Shown here: positions 50,501 through 64,000 of the stretch, one piece after another
Layout: every line of letters starts with the position of its first letter
How positions within the stretch are numbered: the stretch's first letter is position 1
Assembly: GCA_024704765.1 (NCBI GenBank)
Contig: JAKMXF010000255.1
Coordinates: 554,806-618,805 of the forward strand
Source: Oopsacas minuta
Lineage: Eukaryota > Animalia > Porifera
DNA length: 64,000 bases
Reading direction: 5' to 3'
Translations under genes and position numbers: made by a program
Notes under the pieces: model-generated
What the model was told of the DNA's origin: nothing
The model's input: only the letters and a program-made list of their open reading frames with translations
The model's database searches: none

Positions 50501-53500
50501 CTTCGATGATGTGAGCATTTAAATTTGAATTAATGGTTGAGAACAATTTTCCTGATATCAAAACTTGGATGTAAGAAATTATCTCAATTATATCCCTCCT
50601 TTATATTGAAAGTGCACTTTGTACTCTCATTAATATACGCTTACACGTTCTCAAATATTTAAACAATCTTGACTTTTTAGAATAATCACTATTTTGCGTT
50701 GGAAGTTGCCCAATCCTATTTGTATAACTGTGACACATATTCGTCAGTTAATATTTCCTCCATATATCTTAAATTACTATAATGGCGTAATTTTGGACCT
50801 TAAGCCATAAATACAAGAATTGCAACAATGAGCCACGTGGCCACTAACTTATAAATCTGATTCTTAGTACAAATTGCTGAATACTTACTCTGTTCATTTT
50901 CGTTTTAGTAACCTATTTTTCTGCTTCTTTTTTTCGAAATACTATACAAATACATACTTTAAATGTTTTCGCATCTGTAAAATATTTTTTCTTTGGAATA
51001 TGAGGTGACTTTTGAACCAAATTATATATGTATATATATACATATAAATTCATTTGTTGAATTTTGTAAAATTATTTAAATTTACAGCTTCATCCCGAAT
51101 GAATGCTATTATCCTTTGATCTTAACAAACTGATATGAATGTATGCTAATAGCATACATTCATATCAGATCACATACTTATCTAAATTATATTGGGAGAT
51201 AACTATTATATCCTAAATGAATGCTATTTGTTACATCCTTTATTATGATGTTAATTGTCTTATCTTAATTATTAAATCTATTTCATTCTGGTACACGTAT
51301 ATCATTCTCTCTATCTACGTATAGGTAGTGTTCAAGATCTGAGATACTTCCCTTATACCCCTCAATCTATTAACTGCAGATCTTCAGTTTGTTCACCTGA
51401 TCCACCATTTTCTACAAGTCCCCTCTCACACACCCGAGTTAGCCGCACGGACAGATTTCTCAAGACCTCCAGCTTCCACGAGAGCATGACTCATTTAGAC
51501 CTTACTCCCATTAGTATTCGACCTCGTACACAAACAGAAAATTCTCCCTCTCTCCACAAGGAGCTTGTTTCCACTAAATCCCTCCCTCTCTCTACACAGA
51601 CTCCATCTATAATCCTCAATATTAGGAAACCAAGCAAATCTTCAGAATCTTCAGACAAATCTCCCTCTGCCCTGTTATCACCATCTCCAGAGAGTACTGA
51701 GAAATTTACAACGAGATACATCTCATCTCCTCCTCCTGCCAAACGTAGGACCACTCACCTAGAACTTAACTCCACCAAGATCTCCTCTTTCTACCTGTCT
51801 CCTCCCCCTATACACAGACCTCATGTCTTAGATACTCATGTCATCCCAGAGAGTCCCACAAAGCTAACGGACACAGTAGCAGGCAACAGTCCTGATGACT
51901 CTTCTAATGATGACGTATTTGGATCTCCAGACCACACTACTTGTTCCCTGTCCACATACAAGATAAAACTTCTCAGCTCTTCTGATGCTGCTGTCTCTAC
52001 TGACTCTCAGGGGTCTGAAGAGGGTACTGGGAGGGACCAGTCTGCACATGCTCACCTCAGCAAAAGTCCAGTCAGGAAACCTTCTCTGCTCAGAAAGAAA
52101 CAGGGATCGCGTGTAGAACGTAAGAAGAGAACTGTTACATTCACTCCTGAGGTTAGTTAAAATTACAATATATACGCTTTGAGTCTAAGAATTTATTTCC
52201 ATCACATTTTGATTTTTTCAAATTCAACCCAAAGACAATCATACAAATTCGTTCCCTATAACATAAACCACAGAACTCAGGAATGCAGTATCGTTAACGA
52301 AACATCAATTCATTATTTTTCCTGAATGATAACGCTATTGAATGCGAATTCCAGAAATTTTCGGGGTTATAACTTATAATATCATTAATTCCCATTGAAA
52401 ACTATAGTCAAACGAAAATCCCATATACCATACTCTATATGCCTTCATAGTTGATTAGTAGATAGGAATTCTATTTCTCTGACATTGTATCGCGCTTGCA
52501 ATGCAGATTTTGTTCACTGTCTAGGTAGGCTATTTAGCACGGGAAATCAATACAACTTAATTTCTAAAGGACAACATTCTAATATGGGTCAAAATGTTTA
52601 ACAGTACTTCCTTTAATTCCAAGAGAATGTAATTCAAACCAAATCATATAACTCCTTGTGAGGCTGTGTAAACAATATTCAATAGTTACACCATTGTTAG
52701 ACATAATATTTCTGGGCATATCATTTCTAGAATACCAAACAGAGTCAAATAGTTTGCTTCTATATTTATATCACATTTTGTGTAATTCAATAAAAATACA
52801 ACTACAAAGTGAAATTAATGGGCAGTACGAACCTTGAACTATTTAGAGACACACCCACATATGTACACATATCACGGAGAATTAGTATATTATCCCTCCC
52901 ACTGTATTCAATACGAATTCCCAATTATCCTATACTGGATATCTAAATAATACGCCTTATGTATACATGAGGCATACATCATATACGTACATTAAATACA
53001 TTATTCTCTGTTTACAGGTTCTAATATTACAACTCTGCTATGAAGGAAAACTCAAAGAAATTGAGGACATAATAAAAGATCCAGATTTTGAGAGTGAATA
53101 TATCAATACATTAGGTCCTATGGGAATAACAGCTATGCATCAATGTGCATTGGATGGTAACGTAGAGTGTTTGCAAGCACTTGTAACAGCTGGAGGGAAT
53201 GTAGATGTTGTTGATGCAGAGCACTGTACACCATTACATTCAGGTAATATTCTCATTTAGCTATTCCATAACTCTTCTTATCTCCATTTTATCTCCAAAC
53301 CGGGATGAGTCTACTTCGCCATATATGAATTGCTTATTTAGAAACTTTTTGTACTTCTAAGCTGCAGTAAATTAGGATTCTTGCTATCAGCTGCCTGATT
53401 ACGAGATCTTTGTAAATGTATTTTAATCTCCTGGAGGACTTCTTTATAATACGTAGATGCATTTGTTTGGGACAATATACTCTAGTCATATATCTACGTA

Positions 53501-56500
53501 TATACATATGATAAAGCTTTTCACTCTTATACATACCCCTCCCCTGTATTTAATGGCTTTTCTTTGTTTGGCGAATTGAAATATATTCAAAACACATCTT
53601 TGAATATTTGTTATTCCATATCATTACGTTGACATTAAATATATACTTTTGAGTTATTATATTATTCGCCAATTTGCAAGCGCTAGACCATATTCCTTAA
53701 ATATATAATTTTAATAATAATCAGCATATTTATAGTCAGCTGGAAATTCTATTTGATAGTAATAGGATTCAAATTATGGTTAGCGATAATATTTGGGATA
53801 ATTGTTATATACAATCCAAAATACAAATATCCATAATTTATTTGCCACTTAGAATCACTAAGCATATTTCAATTACGTTTTATCAAATTTAGCTTGTATA
53901 CAGTATGTAATATAGTATATTTATCTTGTAGCCGCTATCAACAATCATTTCTCTGCTATTCGGTTCTTACTCATAGCAGGGGCAGATCCCACCCGAGTTG
54001 ACGATGACAACAAGACAGCATACGATATAGCTAGTGTGGAGAGAGTTAGGAAAGTGCTCAAGATGGCACAACAAGGCAGTTTCTTATCTGGAGCCAATTC
54101 TCCCTCAGACAAGTAAGTTTATCATTTTGTTGTTGTATTTATGAAACTTGCTCAATACAGTATTCTCGCCAGTAATTACAGCTAATTGTATAGTTTTAAT
54201 AATATATCAGCTGAATAATCATATATTAAATTATAGTAAAGAGAAGAGCTTTGAGCTTGACTCAACATCATCTGACCTCTCAGAAGATGACCAAGAAGTT
54301 ACCTCAGATAGTCAACGAGAACACGGTTAGTTATACCTCATTTAGTGCTGATAAATAATAGATAATATCAATTGTTCCATTTATTATATCAGCTGAGATA
54401 GCAAACCTCGCACATAAGTAATATAATTTCGTTATCATCCTCTTCTTGAAATTCCAACACACAATACAGCACCTCCTAGCAGTGCTATTTAATAAATGTA
54501 TTACTTCCCTGATAGCTTGCTGGATAATCAGGTGTATTGATATTGCTTGGATTCTTTTCAATGAAAGCAAGAATGTAGATAATCTCAAGATTATTTCTGA
54601 AGTAGAAAACTAATGGTTTAGATAATGAAGCGCCATTGTCACATTTGTTTGAGATTATTGTGTTTCCATTTACTAGCTTTATAATGCTTCAATGAATTAA
54701 CTTGAACACACATGAATACTTACAATTTGTCATATGTTTCGTGTTGATTTTCTGTTCTGACGTGTTCATTTTTTTGTCGATACAACTCTGCTGTATGTCA
54801 AGGCTACTTGTATATTTATGTTATTATTCTACAGATAACTCTACTGACAATAGCAAAGGAGTATCAAATATTATCAGCAACAAGAGGAATTCGAACATGG
54901 AAGATAAACCTCACCAGAACAGGTTAGGATTTTATTTAATTTTATTCACTCAAAAATCTTCTAAACATTGGTTTAATTTGTAATGCAATCATAGCAGTAT
55001 ACATAAACATGCATGTAGCTAGTATTGAGGAAGAGGGGGCAATTGCCTCCTCTCCCATTCGCGTTTTATTCATCCCACTATTGTAATCGCTATTTGAATG
55101 AGTCAAATATTCGTCCTTGCCTCCTCACTCTGAGATTTCTAGTCACGCTCCAGAGAGGGGCTAACATAATATTACAATGAATCAAGGTTGAAACCGCTTG
55201 AACAGAATATCAGTATTCGTGAACAGCAGCCTAACCGAATACTACTGATAATATTCCGTTTGAATACCGAATACCGAATATTGAACTATTCGGTTGCAAC
55301 CTTTCAATAAATTTATTATTCGAATCATATACTCATAACACGGTTAAGAGGTTTCCCTTCAATTCGGATAAGCTAGAAGAAGAAGAATTTACTATTCCCT
55401 ATTTGATGTAGGGATAGTGGTTTCTTCTTCTTATCAGAGAGTGACTATTGATTAATTAGTAACAGTCTACCTGTTATGTCTCTTTCATGATCTATTTATC
55501 ATCCTACCGACCTATGTAGATATTATGCTACAGTAGACTAATAATAATTATGCATTGATTGTACTAGCAGCAACATATTTTAGCTAGCAAACATGCTTGT
55601 ACTGATCTGCTTTATTTGGTAATTCAAGAGTAAGAACTCTTGCATAAGTTACAAGGTGCATGTAATAGCTTCTCCCAAAATGTGGGTAATTTGTAGTATT
55701 TACTAGGTATGTCTTGCTATCGTCACCTTATGGCTTAGGAATGTTCGTACACATAATCCTTGAAATGTTGTAATTGTAAGCTAAATATCAGTTATCCATC
55801 TTTTCGACAAGTTATCTACATATACCATGGATTATAGAGTTATATACTGAGCATGAGATATGGAGACAGTTCATAAACTTAATTTACGAGTAGCTATGTA
55901 TTTTGCAACGAATACAGAAAACAAATCATGATTGAACCCAATATAGTATGGAATTATCACTTAGTTAAAATCGTATTCATTAGAGACAATTATAAGTATT
56001 AATACTTTGTAATCTTTTCTATTTGTCAAACTATTTTGGTGATTGTAGAATTACTTACAAATGAGTTACAATACATACGATATTACTATTAAGTCGGCTA
56101 ATGACTTTCTTTACCTTACTAAACAATACAAGTTTTACAAGATATATATTTAGAGAGTTTATGGGTATTCGTCTGACAAACCAGAAGAAGGAAGTTGCTC
56201 TGACACAGGGAGCCATCTCAGAGGACGACCTCTCCCTCACCAGTTCATACTCCGGATACTCTGGGGAACTGAGTGGACTTAACAGTTCCTGTGGTAACTC
56301 AGATGATTCTCCTTGTAAGAGTCCCATGGCATTCTCTACCACTGCTCTGTACTCCAATACAAACTCTTCAGTAGGTACAGATCTGATGGAGAGAGACAAT
56401 CTTGCTTCGTATGATATAGGCTCTGACCTGGAGCCTGACTCAGATGATTTTAAATTCCAAGAAGCAGTAGCTTGTCAGGACACGGCAGCAGTTAGTAAGA

Positions 56501-57086
56501 TCCTCAAAGAGTACAGGAATAGTATTAACGTCAATAGAATTACCAGATCAGGTCAGTACAGCTCAGCTAATAATAGCTATTACGTATTATTAATATTAAT
56601 TATGATTTCATTACTACTGACATAATCTATATGTCACCTACTGATTGCGTATTGTCCATTAGTTTGTTTGTAAGCCAGAAGTTGTATCAAAAAATATCCT
56701 CATTTACTTGTGATGTTGTTGGTCATATTTCATATTTTATAAACACCATTATATCATACTTTTCTACTTTCACAGACATTACAGCACTTCACCACTCCGT
56801 GCTGGAGGAGAATGACTCACTCACATACACATTAGTATCAGAGGGGAGAGCAGATGTTAATATCAGAGACAGAGACGGATGGACACCCCTCCATGCAGCT
56901 AGTGCTGTGGGAAACTTGAAGATTGCTAAATTCCTAGTTGAGAACGGGGCAAGAACTTCTCTATGGAACTCAAGCGGAGAATTCGCAGTAGATGTAGCAG
57001 AAGATGACGCAATGAAGAGATACCTACACTCCATCATGTTAGGGCCCCATGCCATCAAGAAGCGTTTCCCAACTATGCTGACATAG
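47533..57086 (+). CDS. Multi-exon RVxF + ankyrin PP1 regulatory subunit-like protein (PPP1R27/MYPT-like) with two ankyrin modules; join(47533..47800,51388..52151,53018..53243,53932..54112,54237..54325,54835..54922,56154..56551,56776..57086)
   Basis: All seven introns are GT-AG and phase-consistent. KKRTVTF|TPE-VLILQLCYEG precedes GITAMHQCALDGN...TPLHSAAINNH...AGADP. The second module reads ITALHHSV...DGWTPLHAASAVGN. The 5' end and the 51380 versus 51388 acceptor are uncertain. Confidence 0.8.
49667..50340. mobile_element. Long-TIR non-autonomous element (family B relative) in an intron
   Basis: gcctactaaaatacggc...catccttcatctagtttag versus ctaagctagatgaaggatgg...gccgtatttagtaggc. The inner TIR motif resembles 14380-14410. 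Confidence 0.8.
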
Positions 57087-57419
57087 TCTCTTCCCAGTCA
57101 CTTAACATTTTTAAGCCGGTTTAATTCTAGGACAGTCCTACCTCTCTCGTATGGATTTTTAACTATCTGAGAACTTTTAAGCTTCTACACGTCGCCTTTT
57201 CTTGGTTCTGCCTGCTATGCGCGAAATTATTTGCACTTCTAATCCTCGAAAGGCCATTAGTGTATAAATACATGCAGGATTATTTATATTTGTATATGCG
57301 GTCTCAGTGTTGTTCTCAAGATATCAAATAATATCATTGCTATATGTTTCAGTAATCAGTAGCTTTATTAATATATTTATACCGAATTGATTCGTTTATA
57401 GTTGTCTCCAACTATGCTA

Positions 57420-57580
57420 TTGCATAGTATAGTGGCTCAGTTCTGGGTCGTTGACTTAGTAAGTACTTTTATACTTATATGTGTGTTCACGCCTGTTCAC
57501 ACCTTGAGAGATGAAGCACAAAATTTGGCATGTGTACTTGTAGTAACCTCTAGATGTGCACCTTTTCATTTTAGTCAAAT
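57420..57580 (+). repeat. Dispersed repeat homologous to 22385-22670
   Basis: Shared gtggctcagtt...gacttag...gttca(c/t)acctt.agagat...acctcta.atgtgcacct. Confidence 0.65.
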
Positions 57581-59172
57581 CAGATTTTAGGGTTTCGGCA
57601 ATTATTGTGCATAAATGCATAAATATGTTCTCTGGTAGTGTGTATGTGCCTTAGTACTGTATTTAATGTAATGTAATGAATATAGACTGTAATTCCATAG
57701 CTCAATACATTCCACTATTTTGTATATAGTATGCACTTTTTATCGTATGATCAATCATATTTTCACACCTTTTTAGCAATATTTGAAAATCATCCTAAAC
57801 ATCTGCTCCCACTTGCTAATGAGGGGTAAACAGGGACATATAATTCGATTCTGACACTCTCAACTGTATAACACGATTATGTATATACAATTTGAATTTT
57901 ATATACTAATATTAATTTTTAGTAGAATAATATAGCTTCACTAATCGAATGAAATTAATTTGGTGAAATTTAAGTCGGCCCCTACGGTGTTTGAGATTGT
58001 GTCAAGAACAAGATTTTTGGTCCCGTGGGAGTTCACGATAAGGGGGCCCAGACTGTAGTTCACAAGATATTATACGCACTAGTTATTTATGATGGTTAAA
58101 ATATTATCATTGCGTACTGGGAATTTGATGAATACATGAACAAGTACTTTTCTTCAAATAATCATTAATACAGCAGATTAGCTGCAAAAATAGGCACTCT
58201 GTGCAGATCGTTATACTAAGATGAAATTTGTTAGAGAGGTACTTTAGGACATTTGAATCGATATAAAAACCGAGAAGCCCGGGCAATTTTGATATCTTCC
58301 CGAAAATAGGTGCGGTACAAAGGGGCGGTACCAGGATTTTGCTTACCCTGGCAAGGCCTGGGCCAAGATTTCAAACCCGGTTCCAATCTTATTATATAAT
58401 GGGCAGTGGTGGTCTGAGGAGTTGACAGAACCGGGCCAGGTGGGGGCCAGGAATTTCAATGCCCCGTTTCCCCCCCATGTGACCGCCAATGCACGTGCGG
58501 CATATTCCGTACCTAAAATTAAAATAGAATTGTATTACGGATGGGGCATTGCCGCTCCATTGAGTGATCCTAGCCTCGCCAGTGGTTCCACCGAATAATA
58601 TTCGGTAAGGTATTCATAAAAAGTTAAATACTGATATTCACTGATGAAGTTAGTTATGAATATCTGCCCAGGAGGGGGAGTGGGCAGGATGGGCATACGA
58701 ATTTTCGTTAAGAGAGTATATTTTTCATCCCTTGGATTAAGAAAGAAAAATTTACAGATTTGTCCCACTTTTGGTGACGATCAAAATTGCAATATCTTGT
58801 CAGATCAATTACTAGGGTCTAACATGCAAAGTATGGCTCACGGCACCACCCTCCTCTAGTAATCGTAACATAACCTGCAGCTGTTTTTGTGCAAAATCTT
58901 ATGTCAGATGCTTCTTTGAACTTGTGAATATAGGCATGTTTATTGTTATGAGAACCCTAAGTCTTACATCCCAACTTCACTCCTAAAATGATAAGTTCAA
59001 GCTACACCTATAGAACGCAGATATAACATACATTATTCGGTATCTCCACAGTTGCCTTGGGAACTAAATTCTATTCCCATTCCCACGGCAATCCTGGGTA
59101 TCTCTACCGACCCTGCGTGTTTAAGAGTTCTACGGGTTCTACTGTGTTTAGCTTGGTATTACTCCCAAATCA

Positions 59173-60332
59173 ATGTCATCTTCACCAAGCAGTTTAGATG
59201 ATCCAGAACCGATTGTGATTGTTCTAGGTAGTTCAAATGTACAGATTGGCTTCGCTGGAAGTGATTCACCTCGTTTCGTGAATCCGAGTGTTGTTGGTAC
59301 AACTAAACGGACTGTAGGACCTTTGATCGAAGGAATGGACCCAGGGAGTAATTATTGTGGATACGATGCAATGCGTAGACTAGGAGTTCTAGATCCCAGT
59401 TATCTGATAGAGAGAGGAGCTGTAAAGGATTGGAATAAATTTGAACAATTAATGAATTATAGCTTCAAAATGCTCAGAATATCTCCAGAGGAATCCAGTG
59501 TGTTGATAACTGAATCACCTTTGAATCCACGAGAAAATCGTGAGAGACTTTGTCAGTTTTTCTTTGAAACATACAATGTTAGGCGATTTAGTGTAGAAAT
59601 AGATACAATACTCTCCATGTATTCATGTGGTGGTAGGGCTACAGGAGTGTCAGTGAGTTCAGAAGGAGGAGTTACCTCTGTCCTTCCTATCTATGAAGGT
59701 TATATTGTTCGAGTGCTGTAAAGAGATTGGATTTAGGAGGTATTGACGTCACTGAATATCTGACTAGACTTCTGACACAGGAAGGGCATTACTTCAGAAC
59801 ATCAGCTGAGAGGGAAATAGTACGGAGGCTGAAGGAATCTCTTGCTTACGTATCATACGATTTCAATCAAGAAATGGCTAAATACTGGACCTCATGGCGA
59901 CCAGAGATGGACAAATATTATGAGCTGCCAGACGGTCACATGATATTAGTTACTACTCAGCTATTTGAGTGTACAGAATGTCTCTTCCAGCCTTTAACAC
60001 ATCTGGGAAGAGATCACATAGGAATCCATCAGCTGATATACAACTGTATCAAAGATTGTCAAATTGATATTCGTAAAGATCTCTATTCTAATATTCTACT
60101 GTCTGGAGGTAATACATTGTTATCAGGGTTCCCAGAGAGATTACGAAAGGAAATAATGAACTTAGCTCCTCCCAAATCTACAGTTAAGATGTCCAGTCCT
60201 CCAGAGAGGAAGTACAGTACATGGATAGGAGGCTCTGTATTAGCTTCTCTGTCTAGTTTCTCTAATTGGGTAGATAAGTCGCAGTACGATTTAGTAGGAC
60301 CTAATATCATGTCAGGACGATCATTCTTATAA
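59173..60332 (+). CDS. Divergent actin-like / actin-related protein, intronless, with a 1-nt frameshift near 59710
   Basis: GFAG.D.PR...PSVVG, ITESPLNPRENRE, PIYEGY, SAEREIVR, YELPDG, DIRKDLYSNILLSGG, PPERKYSTWIGGS. Adding one base at gttc|gagt restores ...YIVPSAVKRLDLGG. Confidence 0.88.
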
Positions 60333-63300
60333 TTTAATTACCAATGTATAAAGTAGTATGTATAATTGTAGATAATCTCATTTCCTGAATATTTGTTCAT
60401 ATACTGTTACTTAGAATAAATTAACATACCGGTAGTGGAAGTACATAGACTTATACTGTAATTTCATTAGAATATGTGTTTAGCTAAAATTAATCGCCCA
60501 ATCCAATCTGTACACGATAGTCCTTCAGTCAAATATAGCACCTTTCTAAGGTTACAGGGAATATGCCCTACCAGTGTCGTAACGAAATTTTGTGGGTCCA
60601 CGTATAATCAGGTTGGAGGCCCTCTTGAGCAAATAATATATTTCTAAATAATATAATAATAATTTTCTCAACATTTGTTAGCTATGGGGAAATTTGTTGG
60701 TAATTAAAAGGCCTAATATCAAATGAGGTATCAATAACAAGTACAGTGGAACTCGGATAAGGCATACCCCTTCGGAACCAAAAATTAGTGCGTATTATCC
60801 GAGTATACGTTTTATACGGCCCCTACAAAATCTATCCTCCCCCTTACGTATATTGTTTGTAAGGTTTCAGGAGTGATTATACAATTGTTTTAGATTAATA
60901 AGCATGACTATCACAATACACTAAGCATTACTTGATGGTATGAATAGAATATAACAATATAGATAATCAAGAATATAGATAGTATGGTAGTATTAGGATA
61001 ATACATACTAATTTTGTTTCCGGTAGGATATCTTATCTGTATTGTGCTATAGTTTATGTATGTTTGGGTCCTCACTTATTACTTTTACTCAAAATAGTTT
61101 CTCGAGCTATTAAGATATATATAATAACCCCCGCTAGTTTGAACGGGAGAATAGACGAGGAATTGTGGTAGATTTATGTATTTTAATAAATGAATACTTT
61201 AATCAATTAGAAAATAATCTTTAGTGGAAACCGCATTAAAATCACCCTCGGGGTAGAAAATATGTTCTTATAACTGGGATAAATTATACAGTAGATATGA
61301 GAACCGTTTTCCAGATGGTGTCCGGAATGTTCTTACCTCACGTGTTCTTATAACCGGTATCTACAGTATATCACTCGTATATTTTGTTTAATTGTATACT
61401 CATATTAGCTTATTTCCCTCAAAACTTATGTATCAAAAGTCAATAACTGTTCTGGTCAATATTAGAATAAATACAATATCATCAATAATACAGATGTTAA
61501 CTCCTATTTGAGAACTAATTGGGTATAGTACATGTTAGTACATAAAAGATACAGTTAATACGTCATAAAGTTATGTCGCTACATTTGTTCGTTTTAACTA
61601 TCTTGGGATTTTCCATTCCATCATAACTATACCAAATACCACCATAGTTATCCGCATGTTAAAGTGTAGTCCAGCATGGATAGTGTAGCCAATCACACTA
61701 TATTGTAGACGACAGTTTTTGTGTTTTAGGGAAAATATATGATGATCGATTTGATTTGGTTGGATAGGTTGCCTCGCATTGAGGTGTCCATCTTCAAGAA
61801 TTAAGACAGCTGGTATCCTTATAAATGCATGAGAAATATGTTCAATGTTTGCAGTAACATCTCTACATTTCAGGCAGTGATATGCTAAAGAGATTTGAGT
61901 GTCTATACTACTCTGACAACCTTCTGTAAAGTTGTATATTGAAGATATGTCAATTTTCCTTCACAAACATAACAACAGCTCTAGCACTGGAATTCGATTT
62001 GATAAAAATTACAACACAAGTGTAGATCTTACAATAGTTTTTGTCACACATCCCTCGTAACCATTATAATCGTAACGAGAATCAGCTAGTTTGATATAAA
62101 GTGTAGGTGCAAACCAACATCTTAATTGGTTGAAACTTTGAGCCTTAATCATAGTCATGATCGTTTCCAGATCTTCTGAGACGGAAGTGGATACTAACTC
62201 AAATGAAGTCAAATAGTTTCAGATGGATACTTAGGATGGTAATGATGTTATCGAGGGGACAAGTGTTAACAAGCTTTACTCTGCTGTATTCCCCACCCCA
62301 TTCAACACGCATGTTTTCCAGTGATTGTAATGACGAAAGAATTCAGTTTCCACATCCAGGATTTGCATTCCAGAAGGGCTTGGAGCATTTGAAATAGTTA
62401 ATAATTGTTGTATCACTGGGAGTAGAACTTTTGAAGATGTACTCCAGTAAAAGAATTTCGAATGGGTGATTTCGAATTACAGCCATGCATGTGTTATATA
62501 ACGGAGCCCTTTATAATGCTTGTCCCCGCGATAGCGGTGTCACGGAGGGGGTAGTTACGGCACTGTGTTCTACAAAAATTCCGGAATATGTTCTAGATGT
62601 TTTCTCTATAATCTAAATTTCAAGTTAATCATCCCTTCTTCCTTAATATTAGTCTGACTAGTGCAAGTTTTCTGAAAATCGATTCTGACTTGTACAAGTT
62701 CTCAATTTCCCTGATTTGTACTTGTGCATGCGTCTCACAAATTGGTATAGTAGGACATATTCCGGCTACCCCTTTCTATGTGTGTAGAGTATATTTCTGG
62801 TGTTTATTACGACCATAGGTAAAAACTGATTAAGAGTTTCTTATTCAGTTATTGCATATACTACAAGCCATCAAATGTGGTCAGGGAATTGGAAAGTGTC
62901 AGACCAATGAAGCTACACATAATAGGCAAAAAGTATTTTTTTTTTGAAAAGCCTGACCAATTCTGCCGGCCTTGCACTAATTCTCAGATGTTGAATCTTA
63001 TAAATATTATGTATTTTGAAGCAAATTTTGCGTTCTCAATAGCAATCATTCTGACTACTTCCTCATCAATCAAGCCTAAGTAAGGCATTGGTATTAAATT
63101 CCTAGAAATCGTTTGATTCGGATGAATAATTAATTGTTTCTTTTGTATGATTTAATAATAGCTTTTTAATTGATTGAGGCTATAAACAAATTCATTTTAG
63201 AATTCGATTCTCAAAATGACTTCTCTATTCCTATCAAAAACTAAATATTACACTCAAGGTGAGTTTGTACGTAAAGTGTCAGGATCTGAGCTTAGAGGAC

Positions 63301-63405
63301 ATCAAGTATATATATGGTCACTGCAAAAATGTGTAGTTAGATATTGAATATTATTTCATGCGAACGAAAAATAGGATTCATATGAGTATTCTCAAAGAAA
63401 TATTA

Positions 63406-63489
63406 CAGTCGAACCTCTGAGATCCCCACAGAGTTAGTGTATATTTCTAAGATCCGTACGATATTGCCAGTATCTCGGAGGTTCGAGTG
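63406..63489. mobile_element. Small Tc1/pogo-type MITE
   Basis: cagtcgaacctctgagat ... atctcggaggttcgagtg. Confidence 0.65.
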
Positions 63490-63761
63490 TTAATAAGTGA
63501 GAATATTATCGAGAAGTATTTTACTCATATCTAGAAATGTTCACAAATTAATATTGATAAATAAATCGATGGCAGCCATTTATATCTCCAGGAGTATTAG
63601 GAAATATCTGGATAGATTGCATAGACTCTTTTTCCATTTAATTATGTAAATTGCCGTGCTTGTTGATGTTTATATATATATATATACAGGTCTATTGGTG
63701 AGACACACTTCTGGGTCTACAGCTCATCGGGTAAGCTTCTATTCTCTTCAACAGCAACTGG

Positions 63762-63998
63762 TTATCTCTGAATGGGTGACTCTAGTAGACATAGATAATG
63801 TAAGAGACTTAAGTGATATAGAAAAGATGGTTCTTCTTGATTGCAATAAACTTCCTCTCTTGAATTCTCTGCTGTACTCTCCTCAGATAAACTGATAGTA
63901 GCTGTGTTATGTGTATGTAGAGAAGTTACAGAAACAGAATTGAAAATATCAGCTGATGAACTATTATCAGGAGAACATCCTCCTGTCTTATTCCTGTT
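63762..63998 (-). CDS. Possible 3' part of a gene entering from the right edge of the window (79 codons including the stop, Ser/Glu-rich)
   Basis: Open frame NRNKTGGCSPDNSSS...ESPIQR* runs from the window end; no recognisable motif. Confidence 0.3.
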   Translation of the reverse strand, partial: NRNKTGGCSPDNSSSADIFNSVSVTSLHTHNTATISLSEESTAENSREEVYCNQEEPSFLYHLSLLHYLCLLESPIQR

Positions 63999-64000
63999 AG

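Noticed and set aside
58250-58500. GC-rich island upstream of the actin-like gene as an RNA gene
   Set aside because: No tRNA, rRNA or snRNA features; weak ggcggt-type inverted ends suggest a degraded MITE

Overview
This is AT-rich eukaryotic, animal-like genomic DNA with GT-AG introns. It is not prokaryotic, and I found no CRISPR array, rRNA or convincing tRNA. The compact, intron-poor and divergent housekeeping genes would fit an early-branching animal such as a glass sponge, but that is inference only. Layout: (i) 2.4-12.7 kb holds two intronless paralogs of a bacterial-looking, membrane-anchored HExxH metallopeptidase with Ig-like and YfaP/DUF2135-like regions, separated by a decayed THAP/P-element transposase with nested MITEs. 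(ii) 13-17 kb is repeats and long hairpins. (iii) 17-35 kb is a dense housekeeping cluster: DIMT1, EMC10, MGRN1/RNF157-like, SAYSD1, MANEA, GINS3, B3GAT and a TPR-SET protein. (iv) 35-47 kb is gene-poor and rich in MITEs and Helentron-like repeats. (v) 47.5-57.1 kb is an 8-exon RVxF/ankyrin PP1-regulator-like gene with two ankyrin modules. (vi) 59.2-60.3 kb is a divergent actin-like gene with degenerate nucleotide-binding loops and a 1-nt frameshift. The most striking candidate system is the tandem pair of bacterial-like metallopeptidases carrying a eukaryotic membrane anchor and a furin-type site. All family assignments come from motif recognition by eye; no searches were run.
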